DNA of 31,329 bases, taken from the NCBI GenBank assembly GCA_964035545.1, contig CAXIUT010000274.1, forward strand, positions 1 through 31,329. Direction: 5' to 3'. The DNA is from Bugula neritina (Eukaryota; Animalia; Bryozoa). Made by a program: the position numbers and the translations under genes. The notes below the pieces were generated by a model. The model searched no databases, was not told where the DNA came from, and saw only the letters and a list, made by a program, of their open reading frames with translations. Below are positions 1 to 12,591 of this stretch, piece after piece (position 1 is the stretch's first letter; each line of letters opens with the position of its first letter).

Positions 1-87
1 CCCAACCCCAACCCCAACCCCAACCCCAACCCCAACCCCAACCCCAACCCCAACCCCAACCCCAACCCCAACCCCAACCCCAACCCC
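1..87. repeat. Left telomere, (CCCCAA)n
   Basis: Perfect C4A2 tandem repeat from base 1 to 87, abutting AT-rich unique sequence; Tetrahymena-type ciliate telomere repeat. Confidence 0.99.
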
Positions 88-292
88 TGAACTAATTAAG
101 TTAATTATAAAATATATATATTAGTATTAGGCGCCAGTAAGTATAAAATAACAATGAAAAATATCATATCATCAAAAATAAATTAGTGCATCATAGTTAC
201 TTAAAGTAGCACTTCGTATTTTCTTAACAATTAATGATAATATAAAATATTATAGTTAAAAGCATTAAATCAACTAATTTACTTATTAACGA

Positions 293-967
293 TCATCCCA
301 ATCTAAATGGATTGAAATCAATAGAATTGCTATAAGGCAAATAAGAATTTTATCTTCTCCAATTTTCATTTCCCCAACTTTGAAAAGGATATAACTGATT
401 CACTTCTAAACTCCTTCCATACTATTACTCAGTCATAATAATAGTCTGAATACCAGCTATACTAGTCTGACATCCTTGTTCTTGTTGCTGTTTTTCAACT
501 TTAAAGCTTTATATATTTTCTTGTATTTCGGGTTCATTCAGGGAAATACTTGAGTTGGACTGATAATCTTTAAGGGCAGAAAGAAATGAAATTCCAGACA
601 ATTCTAATTTGTTTTTTTAGTTTTTAATGATTTTATATGGATACTTATATATTTTTTCATACTTCTGATGATGACTACGACATTGGATGTCGGTTTTTGA
701 TTTCACAAAAGTACACATTTCCTTAAAAAAGTTGTTAGAACTACATTAATCATATTATTACTGTCTAATACCTTTCACTTTTGCTTTTTCTTTGTTGAGT
801 TATAGAAAAATAAGGTACAATAGATGCTACTGATCAGTCCAAACTCGGTTTTTCCAACTAATTGGTTAATTATCTTTATTTTTTGATTTTAAACCTTTTA
901 CCTCCTTGAAATCTACTCCAAGATTAGAGATCTGGTCTTAATTATTAGATTATTGATGAGATTCCAT
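293..967 (-). CDS. Myb-like (SHAQKY-class) DNA-binding protein, ~217-224 aa
   Basis: With TAR=Glu, open from ATG 967 to TGA 293: ...WKNRVWTDQEHLLYLIFLE...FFKEMCTFVKSKTDIQCRSHHQKYEK, matching WTxxEH...QxRSHxQK. Candidate in-frame 21-nt intron at 741-761. Confidence 0.88.
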
Positions 968-1340
968 AGGTTTTTTGTTGTTATAACTTAAACTTAAAAT
1001 ATCAAAATACTAATTTAATTAAACTAGTTAAACATTTACAGGTAACAAATTACTTTAAAGAAGAATAAATATTAGATAAGAGTCTATATTTCAATCACAT
1101 TCTTTTAGTTTGAATCATTCGAATCCCTAGTATCTAATTTATCTTTGAACTTCTAAAAAACTATTAATAACCTATTCCAGTAATAAATTCAAAATTTTAT
1201 CTTATAAAAATTCATTGAATAAGTCTATCATTTTTATAGCAATAGCTATGATTATCATTGTTTTACCCCTTTAAATCTAGTGAATTGAAAATAAATAGAT
1301 AAATATCATAATTATATTATTTTGAATATTTGATTCAATT

Positions 1341-2524
1341 ATGACTTACCACCAAAAAGACAGCTAAATGTAACCCATCAAACAGACCTAACAATTTTAA
1401 TAAAAACAATCAAAATCATATCTAGATCCAAATAAAAAACTTCTCTCCTCAAACATCAAAACAATCGCCACAGCAATCCTCATCATAGTATTGATAGTAA
1501 TGTCAATACAAATATACAAACTAAAATAAAATATCACAAAAACAAACAAAGAAATCCTACAAGTATCATACTCAATAACACAGCTACAATCAAATCAATA
1601 CGTCTACAATGGCATCAATGTCAACGGAAAACATCTGCTCACAGAATAACACGATCACCCTCAACTGACTTTTCCATATCCAACAATAGGCATCTCCAAT
1701 CCAGGCGACACCTACAACAACACCTTCGTCAAAGATAAATAATTTTATTAATTCGATTAAAGATTAATGGAAATATTCAAACCCTACAACGTATTTCAAT
1801 GTCTATCCAGGACACAGATTGCTAGTACGAAAGAATGGGTTCATAGCACGATGGAGGTTACATCGTTTGCAATAACTATATGAAAAAAGCAAAGGCTATG
1901 ATAAATTTTGGAATAAATGCTGAGGATTCATTCGGATGCTAAGTATCGCATAAATATGATATTGTCAACCATCAATACGACTGCTCAGTAGAACATGCTC
2001 CATCATGCAAATATGGAACTAAAAATAATCTATTCATGAAAGTATGTTCAGGCGATATCACTTAAATCACATAGAAATACACCTTCCAAACCTTCAAAGA
2101 TATCATCGATAGCAAACAACTCGCCAACAAACATATCGTTCTTAAAATAGATAATGATGGAGGATAATATCCCACTCTTAGAAGCTTACCTGTTTAGTAT
2201 CTCAAAAATATCGATCAAATTTTTTATTAGTTCCATCTCAACTATACCAAACCATAGACTTGGGGAGATCTTAAAATATTCTAAACCCTAGCATAACACT
2301 TTTATAGTGTCAATTTCCATATGAACAACTATGGCTGCTATAAATACTTTCCCTTCTTCTCTAGTGCCAATATGAGAAAAATGCCTTCCTGGGCATTCGA
2401 AGGAACTCTCGTCAATAAGCAACTTCTACAAATAAAGTAACCCACCAGATCTTTCGTTGAACATAAACTAAATAACATCAATGCACCAACGCTTAAAGAT
2501 TGCCAAATCATAAACAAGGAATGA
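1341..2524 (+). CDS. Type II membrane SAM-dependent methyltransferase (METTL24/Methyltransf_22/FkbM-like), 387 aa
   Basis: N-terminal TM helix (IATAILIIVLIVMSIQIY); motifs RMGSEHDGGYIVC, INFGINAEDSFG, HQYDC, VLKIDNDGGEY, QIFYEFH, FHMNNYG. A 20-nt intron at 1791-1810 restores the frame. Confidence 0.85.
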
Positions 2525-2680
2525 TCTTATTAGCAATTGTATCTAAACAACTATTTTGGATATTAAATACTTTAATATATTAAATCTTCATTTATAAAAT
2601 GTAAAATGACATTTCTAAATGACATGACTGATAGTTATGATTTGTAAAAATAAAAATATGATTAAATAAAGATAATTTTA

Positions 2681-3942
2681 TCATTTTTTGCATTCTTGAG
2701 GACCCTCTCCAACATCAGTCAACCAAATTCCTCGAGGATTCATTTTCATACCCTTGAATTCACTAAATCCATGTTCTTATTTATCTGTTTTATTTAGAAG
2801 ATCCTTTGCCTTCTTATTGAGTATTTCTTCTTGCTTTCCAAAGATCTCAAAAAGATACTTTAAAACTTTATTAACCATATTTTAATGGACAAACAAAAAA
2901 GCATGAGGTCCAGCATCAAAAGTGTAAGCCACTTTAGTTTATTTGCTTTACTTATTGATAATATGGTCTACTATATAGATAATCTGTTTTGAAAACTAAT
3001 TTAAATAGAATAAAGGAGGATAGCTGTCCAAACAAACAGCATGAAAATTATTACTATCCTAAATACAAAACTATTTACCTTAATAATAATTTATGCTAAT
3101 TTACTAAACTATTAATACTATCTTCCTATATCTTTGTTCTCTTTCTTTCGTACTTAGTTAATAGAATCAATAGATTGTACTATCTTTTAAATTCTTTAAT
3201 TGGCTATTTAATTCCGATATTTTATAAATTAACTAGTCTATTTCGATATTCTCATCCCGTTCGATGAAGATATATCTTTCTCTTTATTCTCAGTCACCAA
3301 AGCTATTATTCTAATAAACTACAATTCCTTTGAATCTTTTATTGATTGACTTATACACTTATTACTCATCTACTCTAACTACTATCTGGTTTCTTTATAC
3401 CCAGGAGTCAAATATTTTTTGTCGACTCCTTTCCACTCAACCAGCCCACCATACAGAGAACGAGTAGCACTACCAGATCCAGTTCTGGCAACAATAGACA
3501 ATTATTGTTGGGTAAAAATGGAGCCAAATAGATTGTTGAGGGTGACAGCCAGACATGAAAATCCAGAAGCAGAAGATGCCATACCAGATGCAGAAGGAAA
3601 GGAGTTAACCGATTATATCTTAAAATGATAGGAACTCCATTCTTAATCACTAAAATTTCTATATTTTTATTGCCACCTCACTTTATCTCTAACCATATTT
3701 AAGACTGAAACCATTCTATTGGTCATACTTTTTTGAAGTCCATTAAGAATAAAGATATCATTTTTGTATTATTTTGAAAAATGACAAGAAGTGGTCGATG
3801 ATAAATCATCACTATTGATAGTCAAACCGATAGATGAATTATAAGGAATCATTCTTTACTAGTTGTACTTTCCCCAGTATTTTATCAATGCTATATTTGG
3901 ACTTGACCTGTATTTTGCAGAATTCATCACCAATTTTATCAT
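2681..3942 (-). CDS. MVD: Diphosphomevalonate decarboxylase (GHMP family), 413 aa
   Basis: SPNIALIKYWGK, ESVNSFPSASGMASSASGF, ARTGSGSATRSLYGG, DSNNFHAVCLDSYPP, VAYTFDAGPHA, TDVGEGP. 20-nt intron at 3059-3078. Alternative in-frame ATG at 3927. Confidence 0.97.
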
Positions 3943-4099
3943 TTTAAAACGTGTTAGATCTGATATTTATATCACCTATTTAGTATTATTCAAATCAAAT
4001 CAAACCAATATATATTAAATATTAAACATATATTCTATCAGCTTTTATTTTGAATGTTAATATTTAACTTTATTTTAATAATAATTAAAACTCATAAAA

Positions 4100-4636
4100 A
4101 TGAAAAAAAACTATATAACTTTCAACAAAAACTACATAACTATCAACAAAAACGTCCAAGCACCTCGTAGTCCCCTCATAGACAACCGTCCTCAATCAAA
4201 ATCTTTAAAACTAAAGAACAAATCATCAACAAAAAATCAATCCCTAAAATAGAAATCTAAAAACCCCTCAATAAAAACAAAACAATCAAGAAGATAGATA
4301 TCATCATCATAAAAAACAATAAAATCAAAAACAGATATAAAACCTTTAAAAAAAGATAATAAAATATCAATATCCATAGACGATAAAGACTAAAACAAAA
4401 TCAACATATATACTGGTAAATAAATTCATTCGACTTTTATATCTGACCTAACAGATAAAAGTTTTTAGAATATAACTAATTTAAAATTAAATATTTTTCA
4501 ATATATATTAAAAAATCGTTTTGTTCAAGATAAAAATTTTGATAATATCTACGATCTGCTCGAAGAAAGATTCCCATAGCATCATCAAACCATCCAGTAA
4601 ATCATGGTAGAAATAGTAACAACCTTAGACTCATGA
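4100..4636 (+). CDS. Hypothetical protein, 178 aa (basic Lys/Ser-rich N-terminus, helical C-terminus)
   Basis: Uninterrupted ATG-to-TGA frame of 179 codons under TAR=Glu; C-terminus LKLNIFQYILKNRFVQDKNFDNIYDLLEERFPEH looks like amphipathic helices. No family confidently recognised. Confidence 0.7.
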
Positions 4637-4644
4637 TTGTATTT

Positions 4645-4773
4645 ATAATTAATATCTAAAAATAATCATTCATATGTTTAATAGTAATCATTAATATGTC
4701 TAATAGTAATCATATATATGTTAATAATAGTCATAAATAAGTAAATTAATAATAATTAATATCTAAAAATAAT
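4645..4773. repeat. 22-bp perfect direct repeats enclosing three degenerate ~20-nt tandem units
   Basis: ATAATTAATATCTAAAAATAAT at 4645-4666 and 4752-4773; interior units ATATGTTTAATAGTAATCAT / ATATGTCTAATAGTAATCAT / ATATGTTAATAATAGTCAT. Confidence 0.85.
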
Positions 4774-4784
4774 AAAACAACAAT

Positions 4785-5219
4785 ATGTAAAAGTAATAAA
4801 ACAACAATATCACCATTCAATAAGCACAGTAAAAGCTAAGATTGTTTGTTAAATAAAGATAATGGTAAAAATTCCATACCCCCAGAAATCTACTTCTCGC
4901 TCTAGTTGGATAAGTCGGATAAATATCAGAAATATTCCAATGGAAAGGATAAATATCCAATGGATTAACATAGTTTTCAAAATAAGAAAAAGTACATGTA
5001 GGATAAGAACTAGCTGATGTCCTAGCCTATCTTGTCAGATTGTCAGATGTATGTGGAATTGATCTTGGATAGGCATTTTTGAATAAGATGTAAAAAAATG
5101 AAAAGAAGTATCCGAAAGATCTAGTCCGTGGAAGTTCAAAAAAATATACATAATATAAAGAGAACTACAAGTAGAGATAAAAAGATAACTAAAACAGATA
5201 AGACAATAATAACAATTGA
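4785..5219 (+). CDS. DCTPP1: dCTP pyrophosphatase 1 (MazG-like all-alpha NTP pyrophosphatase), 144 aa
   Basis: FVKEREWEKFHTPRNLLLALVGEVGEISEIFQWKGE...HVGEELADVLAYLVRLSDVCGIDLG...KKYP...GSSKKYTEY; conserved Glu residues are TAA-encoded. Confidence 0.96.
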
Positions 5220-5239
5220 TTTGTATTTATTGTTGATAA

Positions 5240-8200
5240 TCATTTCCCATACGCTCTCAAACTCTTCAACTCGTTCTACAAATGATCCTGCTTCTCCTTT
5301 ATCTCTCCTTTCACCTGCTTCACATTCGAAAACGAACTCTACCAATTGATAGCTTCAATGCTTCTGAAATATCTATCGTTGTAGTGGTATTTCACATTGT
5401 TAGGATGGATTTTTAAATTAGAAATTATATTTGGAAGGAAGTAGTTGTTGAAGTTTATTGGTTTAGAAAAAGAATGACTAGGATATTGATTTATTTGTAA
5501 GGCCTATTTACTATATTGAGTGTAGTTTCGACCTTGCACAGATGATTCGACAGCTTTCCAGTTTTTTAGTTATCTAACTTGCTCCTCAGTAAGATATTCC
5601 TCACCTGAATAACTATATTTATTACCATTTCCATCAGGATAAATAACGAATAACCTTGGAATAATAGAATTTTGAGGTTGAGGTAAAGAATAATTTTGTT
5701 ATGGCACATGAATGCCAGATCCATATTAATTTTTATTCTAACCTGAATCTTTTATATTAGATGAAGCAGCTATTTCGTTTTTACTATTCCCATCAACTAT
5801 CTAATAGAATAATTACTTCTCACTTTAAAATAATTAGATTCTTTATCTTTAGTCGACACCTCTCCTTACCTCAAATTGACATCATAAACTCCCTCTTGAT
5901 GATTATCTATCTAGGTAAACAACTGGCTCCATCTTTCTTTCAACTATTCCTCTTAACAACTTTAAACCTTATTTATAAACGTAATCAACCCCTTTTCATT
6001 CACTTTTATCATAGAACTATCAGGATATGCAACCAGGACAACAGGTTAGTCAGTAACAACACCCTAACGATCAATTCTTTCAGTATATCTATGACAACTA
6101 AAACATGGATGGTATAATTCATAAAGCTAGCCATTGTAGCTTCGATCAAGTAAGTCAGAATAACCAATTTTAGAAAATTATGATCCGCAACCAATGATAT
6201 TAGGTTCTTTATTATGACCAAGATTTACACGGATTATAAAATTAGAATGATTCACTATTTAGAATTTATCAGAACCAAACCATCTGATAATAGTACCATC
6301 TTTAAACATTATTAACCTGTCATTATTTTTATATTGAACAAAAGTAGTTGAATCCTCTCGAATTCTAATCTTCTTATCTGTCTCAACTGTACACTCCACC
6401 TTCATCTCCCTTTATTCACCCTAACTCGATATCATATTGTGCTTGATATGAGTCCAAACACCAAAACTCAAGACAGATACATCTCCATTCGGATAAAATA
6501 TCTATATATTGCCATTTTTCAACCTTTTAGTGATCTATCCTCTAGATCCAAAACTTCTACTCTCCTCAAGTTCATTACTACACCAATATATAGTAGGATT
6601 AGGATCAAATGCTATATTAAATTACTTATTTTGAAAAGATAAACGAACAGATTGACTATCTTATTAGGTGTAAACTGATGTTTTTAAACTATTTTAATAT
6701 TTATAAAAAAGATTGCCTCTAGATATCTCATGTAAACCATATTATATATTGTCTTTATTCAAAGTTATTAGTCTTTTCTCAGTATCTCCCATGCAATATA
6801 AATTTTATGTTATTATAGTATTATCTGTAGGCATCATCTTCTTACCCAGTATCTTAAGATTACCTGTTTGTTTCCAATTATAATCCCAAAAAGTTTTATT
6901 TTATTTTTCTTATCTGAAATACTAATTCCAAAATTGAAAGTTAGGCAGTACTTTCCAATCAAAGATATGATTTTGGTAAAGAAATCTTCCTGGAGGATTG
7001 ACTCTAGCCAAAATAAGTAAATTATATCCATCATCACTACATTCTCCATAATATACCTTAGGATCATATTCTAATTATTGATTGATTCTTGAGTTTAGGT
7101 CTTTACATTACAATTTTTATACATATTTTCTATTATCAAAAGAGTAGAATATTCTGTTAGCCAGCTTATTGCTCAACTATGTGAACTGTTCAAGTTTATA
7201 TTAATATTCTAATCCATGCTAGAAAGGAGATTTTTTAAGAATAGAAGAAAGAGGAATAGATGAAGGCATTTTTTATGCTTTGAATTTTACTTTGAAATTA
7301 AGTTCATTTGATGTTGCAGATTCCTTTATTTATGGCAATTTATCTTTAAGATTAGCCAAGTTTATTTTGTTAGTAGGTTTGTTTTTATATTTATTCCATA
7401 ACTATGAACCTATTTCTTTGATACTTGTTCTCTTCTCATTGCTTTCTGTTGATATACTAATAGAATCAGCCAAATCATCAAGCATCTTATAGTATATGCT
7501 CATACTATTGGCTTTTTTCTTCTGACTAGATATTCTTTTATAGGTTGAAAGATCACTTTTAATGTTCTAAGGAAAACTTTCATACTTCCTCTAAATAACC
7601 TCTTCCACAATCTATGTTACAGGAGGACCTGTTTCTTTCTTCCCTTTCTTGTCCTCTTTTTTCTATTCGACAACAACTTCTTTCTTAATTGTCTACTTTA
7701 TAGTTGGAACCATTGGTGCTACAGTTTGTTCTTTAAACCAATTTCCATAAACTTACTTATTTAAAGATAATTGACAAAGTTTTTTAAATAATTATGATAA
7801 AAATTGTTGACAATCTTCTTCTGGATGCTGAAGATCTTTAAGAAAAGGAACTTCGATAATAATACTATTTTACAAAGAACTTTCTTAAGACATTCTTAAC
7901 TTTTTAATAGTTTGAATTATCTCCTTTTTAGAAGCTTTTTACTCTACATTTTCTTTTCTTTAATTTTTTTATTGTTCAGGTGATGTTTTATTGGCCTCAT
8001 CAGGAACATTTTAACTATTAAGCAAATCCTATTTTGGCATACCTGATCCTTCTTTTACTTTTTATTATACCCATACAATCACCTCAGGTTTAAGACCTCC
8101 CTTAATAGCTGTCTACAGACACTATTTATCAAGAGGAATATCCAGATAAAATAAAAATTCTGTAACTGCCTTCTAGAAATCAAATTATATTGGTTTTTAT

Positions 8201-8564
8201 GCCTCCTCAACAACTTATTACTTTTTAGGATCTTTCTTTGCATCTTCTAAATACCATCATAATTACTTTTAGGATCTTTCTTAGGATCAACAGGTTTTCT
8301 CAACTGAATCATATACTACTGTCCAACTGCATTTAAATTCTAACAAACAAAAAGCTATCCTTCTCGATTCAACTTACCCTCCTAAATATACTTTTATACG
8401 CCTTTTTATTTTGACAACTAAATCAATTTGTCCATATCTAACACCTTCTTAAGAGTAACTGCTTTCTTCAAAGCCTACATAGCATTTGGACTATCAACAA
8501 CTACAGGAATAACACTCCAAACAATAGCAGGAGGTAGCTACTCTTCTTGCTTCTTGGGTGGCAT
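5240..8564 (-). CDS. SPAG17: SPAG17/PF6-like ciliary central-pair protein, ~1087 aa
   Basis: MPPKK start and KDPKK repeats; blocks MMPTDNTII, EESRSFGSRGEITKRLKNGNIEIFYPNG, REDSTTFVQYKNNDRLIMFKDGTII and PRLFVIYPDGNGEEYL resemble PF6/SPAG17. Introns at 8247-8266 and 5797-5816 (20 nt), candidate at 5605-5625 (21 nt). Confidence 0.8.
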
Positions 8565-8608
8565 CAGTTTCCTTTTTGAATTATAATTATAAATATAGGA
8601 TATAAAAA

Positions 8609-10260
8609 TCACACCTCTATCTTCTCACAACCAAACATATAAAACCCCTACTTAGAATAACTGCCATAAAGACAACAAGGATATTCACTTTATTTGACCT
8701 ATAAAGATCGCTTTATACCATCAAAAGAACCAGCTTTGATAGTTGTTCCTTTGTCACTAGTTGCCATCAATCCCACAATCACATTATTCTTGAAATAACA
8801 TTGAAATTGTTTGAAATAATCATCTTATTCAAGGATTATTAACTTTCCATTGACATTTTTTTCATTTTATTTTTTATATTTATGTGAAATTCCTTGTTTT
8901 TCAGTATCATTCACTAGATAAGTAGCTTAAAATCCTAAAAATTGATTTTTATTCTAGAAAAAAGTAAGACCAACAATAAATGCCTCTCTCTGACCTATTA
9001 TTTTTCGATCATTAGCAATACTATACTTCTTATTATGCTTACCAACCTAAGTACTCTAAAAACAATGCTAAAATTAGTCATTTTTATTAACATTTGTTTC
9101 ATTTATGCTCTAATTTTTGAACAATATCTTCAATTGATTTAAACTGATCTTTTTCTTTCTTTACTGGAATGTCTACTAGCATTCTTATAACTAATAAATC
9201 AATTATTACAGCTATAGAGTAGATTGAATCGACCTATTTTCAGCCTCTTCCTTTTCCATTTCGAGCTGCATCACCTTTTTGTTCAAATCTTTTTGAGTCT
9301 TTCTCAAATTCATGATATCACTCTTCAACTTTTGAAACCCTTTCTTGCTCCTATCTTTAATATTCTCAGTTACTCGTGATAAAGAAGCTTAGTTTTGATT
9401 GACTTTCTCTCCAGTTTCGAAATATACCTTCAAAGAAAACAATTGGTTCTTATCATATCCCTTACTCAATAATTTCTGCTATAATTTGAATATCTTCTGA
9501 TTCTAAGCTTCATAACTTCCATCCTGACCTCGCTCTTACTCTTCCTCTAATTTCTGTTGATAAGTTTTTACTTCTTTATACAATCGACTCGTTTGATTAG
9601 CATATTCTGTTTTGATATGTCCGTCTTTAAGTAACTTGATGTATTCGTTTGATTGCCTTTTAGATTAACTGATTTATACTTCTAACTTTCTGACTATTTC
9701 TTGCCTTCGACCAAGAATGGTCTCAATGGACCTGGTTCTAAAAGTGTTTGAGCTCTTACTTATCGACGATTGTACCTTCATGTTAGTATACTTTTTATCG
9801 ATTCAAGATCAACTCTCGAAATTGACTCAACTCTTCCTCTACTCTCTCCAACTCCTTTCTCAAACTTTTATAATCAAGTTAAGGTATTTTTTTAATTTTC
9901 TTATTCCCACAAGTATTCAAAATATCTTCGACTCTATCCACCTCTTTTTGCAATATCCTATTTTTCTCTCCTAATTCTTAAATCATTGATTTTCTAACTA
10001 ACAAAAAAATGATACTTTCTTATCGAAGATGGAGATTAGGCATATCTCTGATAACTTTAATTGATATTGATTGTATTATAGCTGTTATTTACGTTTATAT
10101 TTTTATTATTTGGGACGGGAGTATTGATAGGAGGAAGAAATTAATTTTATTAACTATTAAATTATGAAATATCGAGACGATAACGATTGTCTTTAGGAAG
10201 GTTTTTTAATTTTTTAGGAGAAGAACTGTTTAAAGTTCTTAGTGTCCTGTGGGTTGACAT
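8609..10260 (-). CDS. Coiled-coil protein with C-terminal jacalin-like (beta-prism) domain, 535 aa
   Basis: Long heptad-rich region, then IVGLTFFENKNQFLGFEATY...LEEDDYFKQFQCYFKNNVIVGLMATSDKGTTIKAG...CLYGSYSKEGFYMFG. 22-nt introns at 9994-10015 and 9738-9759 are needed for the frame. Confidence 0.72.
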
Positions 10261-10525
10261 TTATATTTTGTAAAATTATTTATTTACATTAGATAACTTA
10301 TCTTGATTACATCATATTCAATATTCAAATAAAATGAAAAATTCTAGAGCCTTATTCTATTATCAATTATGATTTAAAATATATATTTAAAAAGTATTAT
10401 ATAATATATTCTTTTCTTTTCTTCCTTGACTTTCTAAAGAATCTTTTATTAGTTATACATTAGTATTGATATACATATTATGGTTGATGAATTTATTCTA
10501 TAATATAGTTAAAATATATTTAAAT

Positions 10526-12497
10526 ATGAAGAAAGCAGCTAAAAAAACATCAACCAAGATGGTTGTTGATTAATACTAAAAATACTTCAAAGGAAACGAC
10601 TACTGCAAACCATAAAAATTCGTATAAATTAATAAAATGCATCCCTGCAATCAACTCTATCATTAATAACTTAGATAAAAACCCAATAAAATCAATCATA
10701 AATATCAGCATGACTATTTATAGGAGCAATAACATTAAAAATAATAGAAAAATGTATATATTTCTATAATTTAGATAAATTAGCACTTCTATGATATTAA
10801 AAGTGATGATGATGACGATCATTTTTCAATGTTACTTTCACAACAAAGAAAAAACAATCGTTCTTCAAGAAATAAATCAAAAAATAATGCTTTTCCTTAA
10901 AAAAAATAAGATATTAGATTTCCACTTAAAAGTTATAAATAAAGTTAGTATTTCCCACATAACTAATATGAAACTTCATATATGTAGTAAATCCCTATCA
11001 AACAAAAAAGACCACTATCTTCAGCAGTCAATAAAAATCAAAGATCAATTCCACAAAAAACATAAAAATAAAAATAACCTAAACTAAAAAAGACCCTTTC
11101 TACTTCAAAATTTAAATAAGATAAGAAAAGAGTCAATAACTCATCTCATAAAGATAAAAATAACTTACAATCTCTCCATATTAAAGATCTAAAAAATATA
11201 ACTATGAAAAGACCATTGAATAGTCAATACCATGAACCTCTTTTAAATAAAATTAAAAAGAAAAATGTAAATTTTGCATCAAAAAATCTCAGAATCGAAG
11301 ATTTTCAAAAAGGACCTACAAATAATAAAAACAATAACGTAGCTTAAAAAATATACTTCAAAAAATAATAGTAAAAACCCTCAAAGCATAAAGATTATAG
11401 AATATATTAAGAATAAAAAAGATAAGAACCAAGAATAATCAAATAAAGAAGATAAAAACAACATTCTTAGAGATCAGAAGGATAATCCAATCGATATAAA
11501 AACATAAAAATGAATAACAAATAACCTATCTTTAAAGAATAAAGATAATAAAGACTACCATCAAGAAATAGAAGATAAAATATCGTTCATAATCATCCCA
11601 ATAGATCAAAATAACATTAACACAGAAATCAAAGGTAAAAACAATATTAATAAAGAAGATAAAGAGGTCAAGCAAGACACCAAGAACCATAATCTATTCG
11701 AAGAAGATAGCCAAATCGAAGAATTCCAAGAAATAGATAAGAATAGCATATTAGAAATAGAGAAGAATAAAGACCTCAAAGAAATAGATAATAACCAAGA
11801 GGAAATAAAGAAAGATAGCAATAAAGACCCAGATTAAATAGAGAACAAGAAAGACCTAGAGTTAATAGAGAACAAGAGCGACCTAGAGTCAATAGATAAC
11901 AATAAAGACCACAAAGAAATAGATAACATGAACAAAATCAAGGTAGAAACCATAGAAACCCTAGAAATCAGTCATCAAATTCAAGAAGATCTCCCAACCC
12001 AGGTCATTTCTTCAATTTTGTATCAAACAGTATAAACGAACAATTATCACTCATGAAGTACTAATCATTTAACTCAGTAGTCAATTTAGCATGATGTCAA
12101 ATGTCTTTTAAAACTTCTCTAACTTTGTAAACATCAACATCGATACCCAAGGAAACCACTTCCATATGAGTTCAAACATGTAATCCTCAGACGACTACAA
12201 CTCATAAACTTCATAATCATTTTCATCAGACTATGACTAATACTACGAAGATGATTCCTAACCAGAAGGCCTAGATGAAGAACAACTGAACCAAATCAAA
12301 AACACCATTTACGTAGCTCCAGAACAAGGTGGCATTCAGTACCTTTGATATAAAGTAGATGTACGATTTGTCTGATTGATTTGAAGACAGGCGAATAGGT
12401 AAAGAAGTTATATTGTGAGCATACTTTCCATAGCGATTGTATAGATTAGTGGTTAAAAAGGAAAAATCATTGTCCTTTATGTCGAGATAGACAATGA
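10526..12497 (+). CDS. RING-H2 E3 ubiquitin ligase-like protein with long low-complexity N-terminus, ~636-643 aa
   Basis: C-terminal GLDEEQLNQI...CTICLIDLKTGEEVKKLYCEHTFHSDCIDEWLKRKNHCPLCR. 20-nt introns at 12058-12077 and 12339-12358; candidate 21-nt intron at 10754-10774. Confidence 0.9.
11810..11917 (+). repeat. Four 27-nt coding tandem repeats (consensus NREQERPRV) inside the RING protein
   Basis: Units start at 11810, 11837, 11864 and 11891; a more degenerate copy lies upstream at about 11754-11790. Confidence 0.85.
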
Positions 12498-12591
12498 TAA
12501 ATGATAATCTATGAGATGTAGAATATCAGTAATATAAATTCATTTTTATGATGGATATTTTCTTCCATCGATAGAAGTTTATAATATATCA

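Noticed and set aside
1-87. Both telomere tracts are exactly 87 nt, suggesting fixed telomere length
   Set aside because: More simply explained by assembler k-mer collapse or trimming; it cannot be judged without raw reads.
88-292. Possible chromosome-breakage motif or hairpin in the left subtelomere (GGCGCC; AGTGC...TACTTAAAGTAGCACT)
   Set aside because: No counterpart at the right end, and the pairing is weak in AT-rich DNA.
968-1340. Possible extra gene or suppressor tRNA in the larger spacers (also 10261-10525 and 25271-25700)
   Set aside because: No convincing ORF, cloverleaf or A/B-box pattern was seen; these fit AT-rich divergent promoter regions.
4645-4773. CRISPR-like repeat-spacer array
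   Set aside because: Only two perfect repeats, the interior is itself repetitive, the context is eukaryotic, and there are no cas genes.
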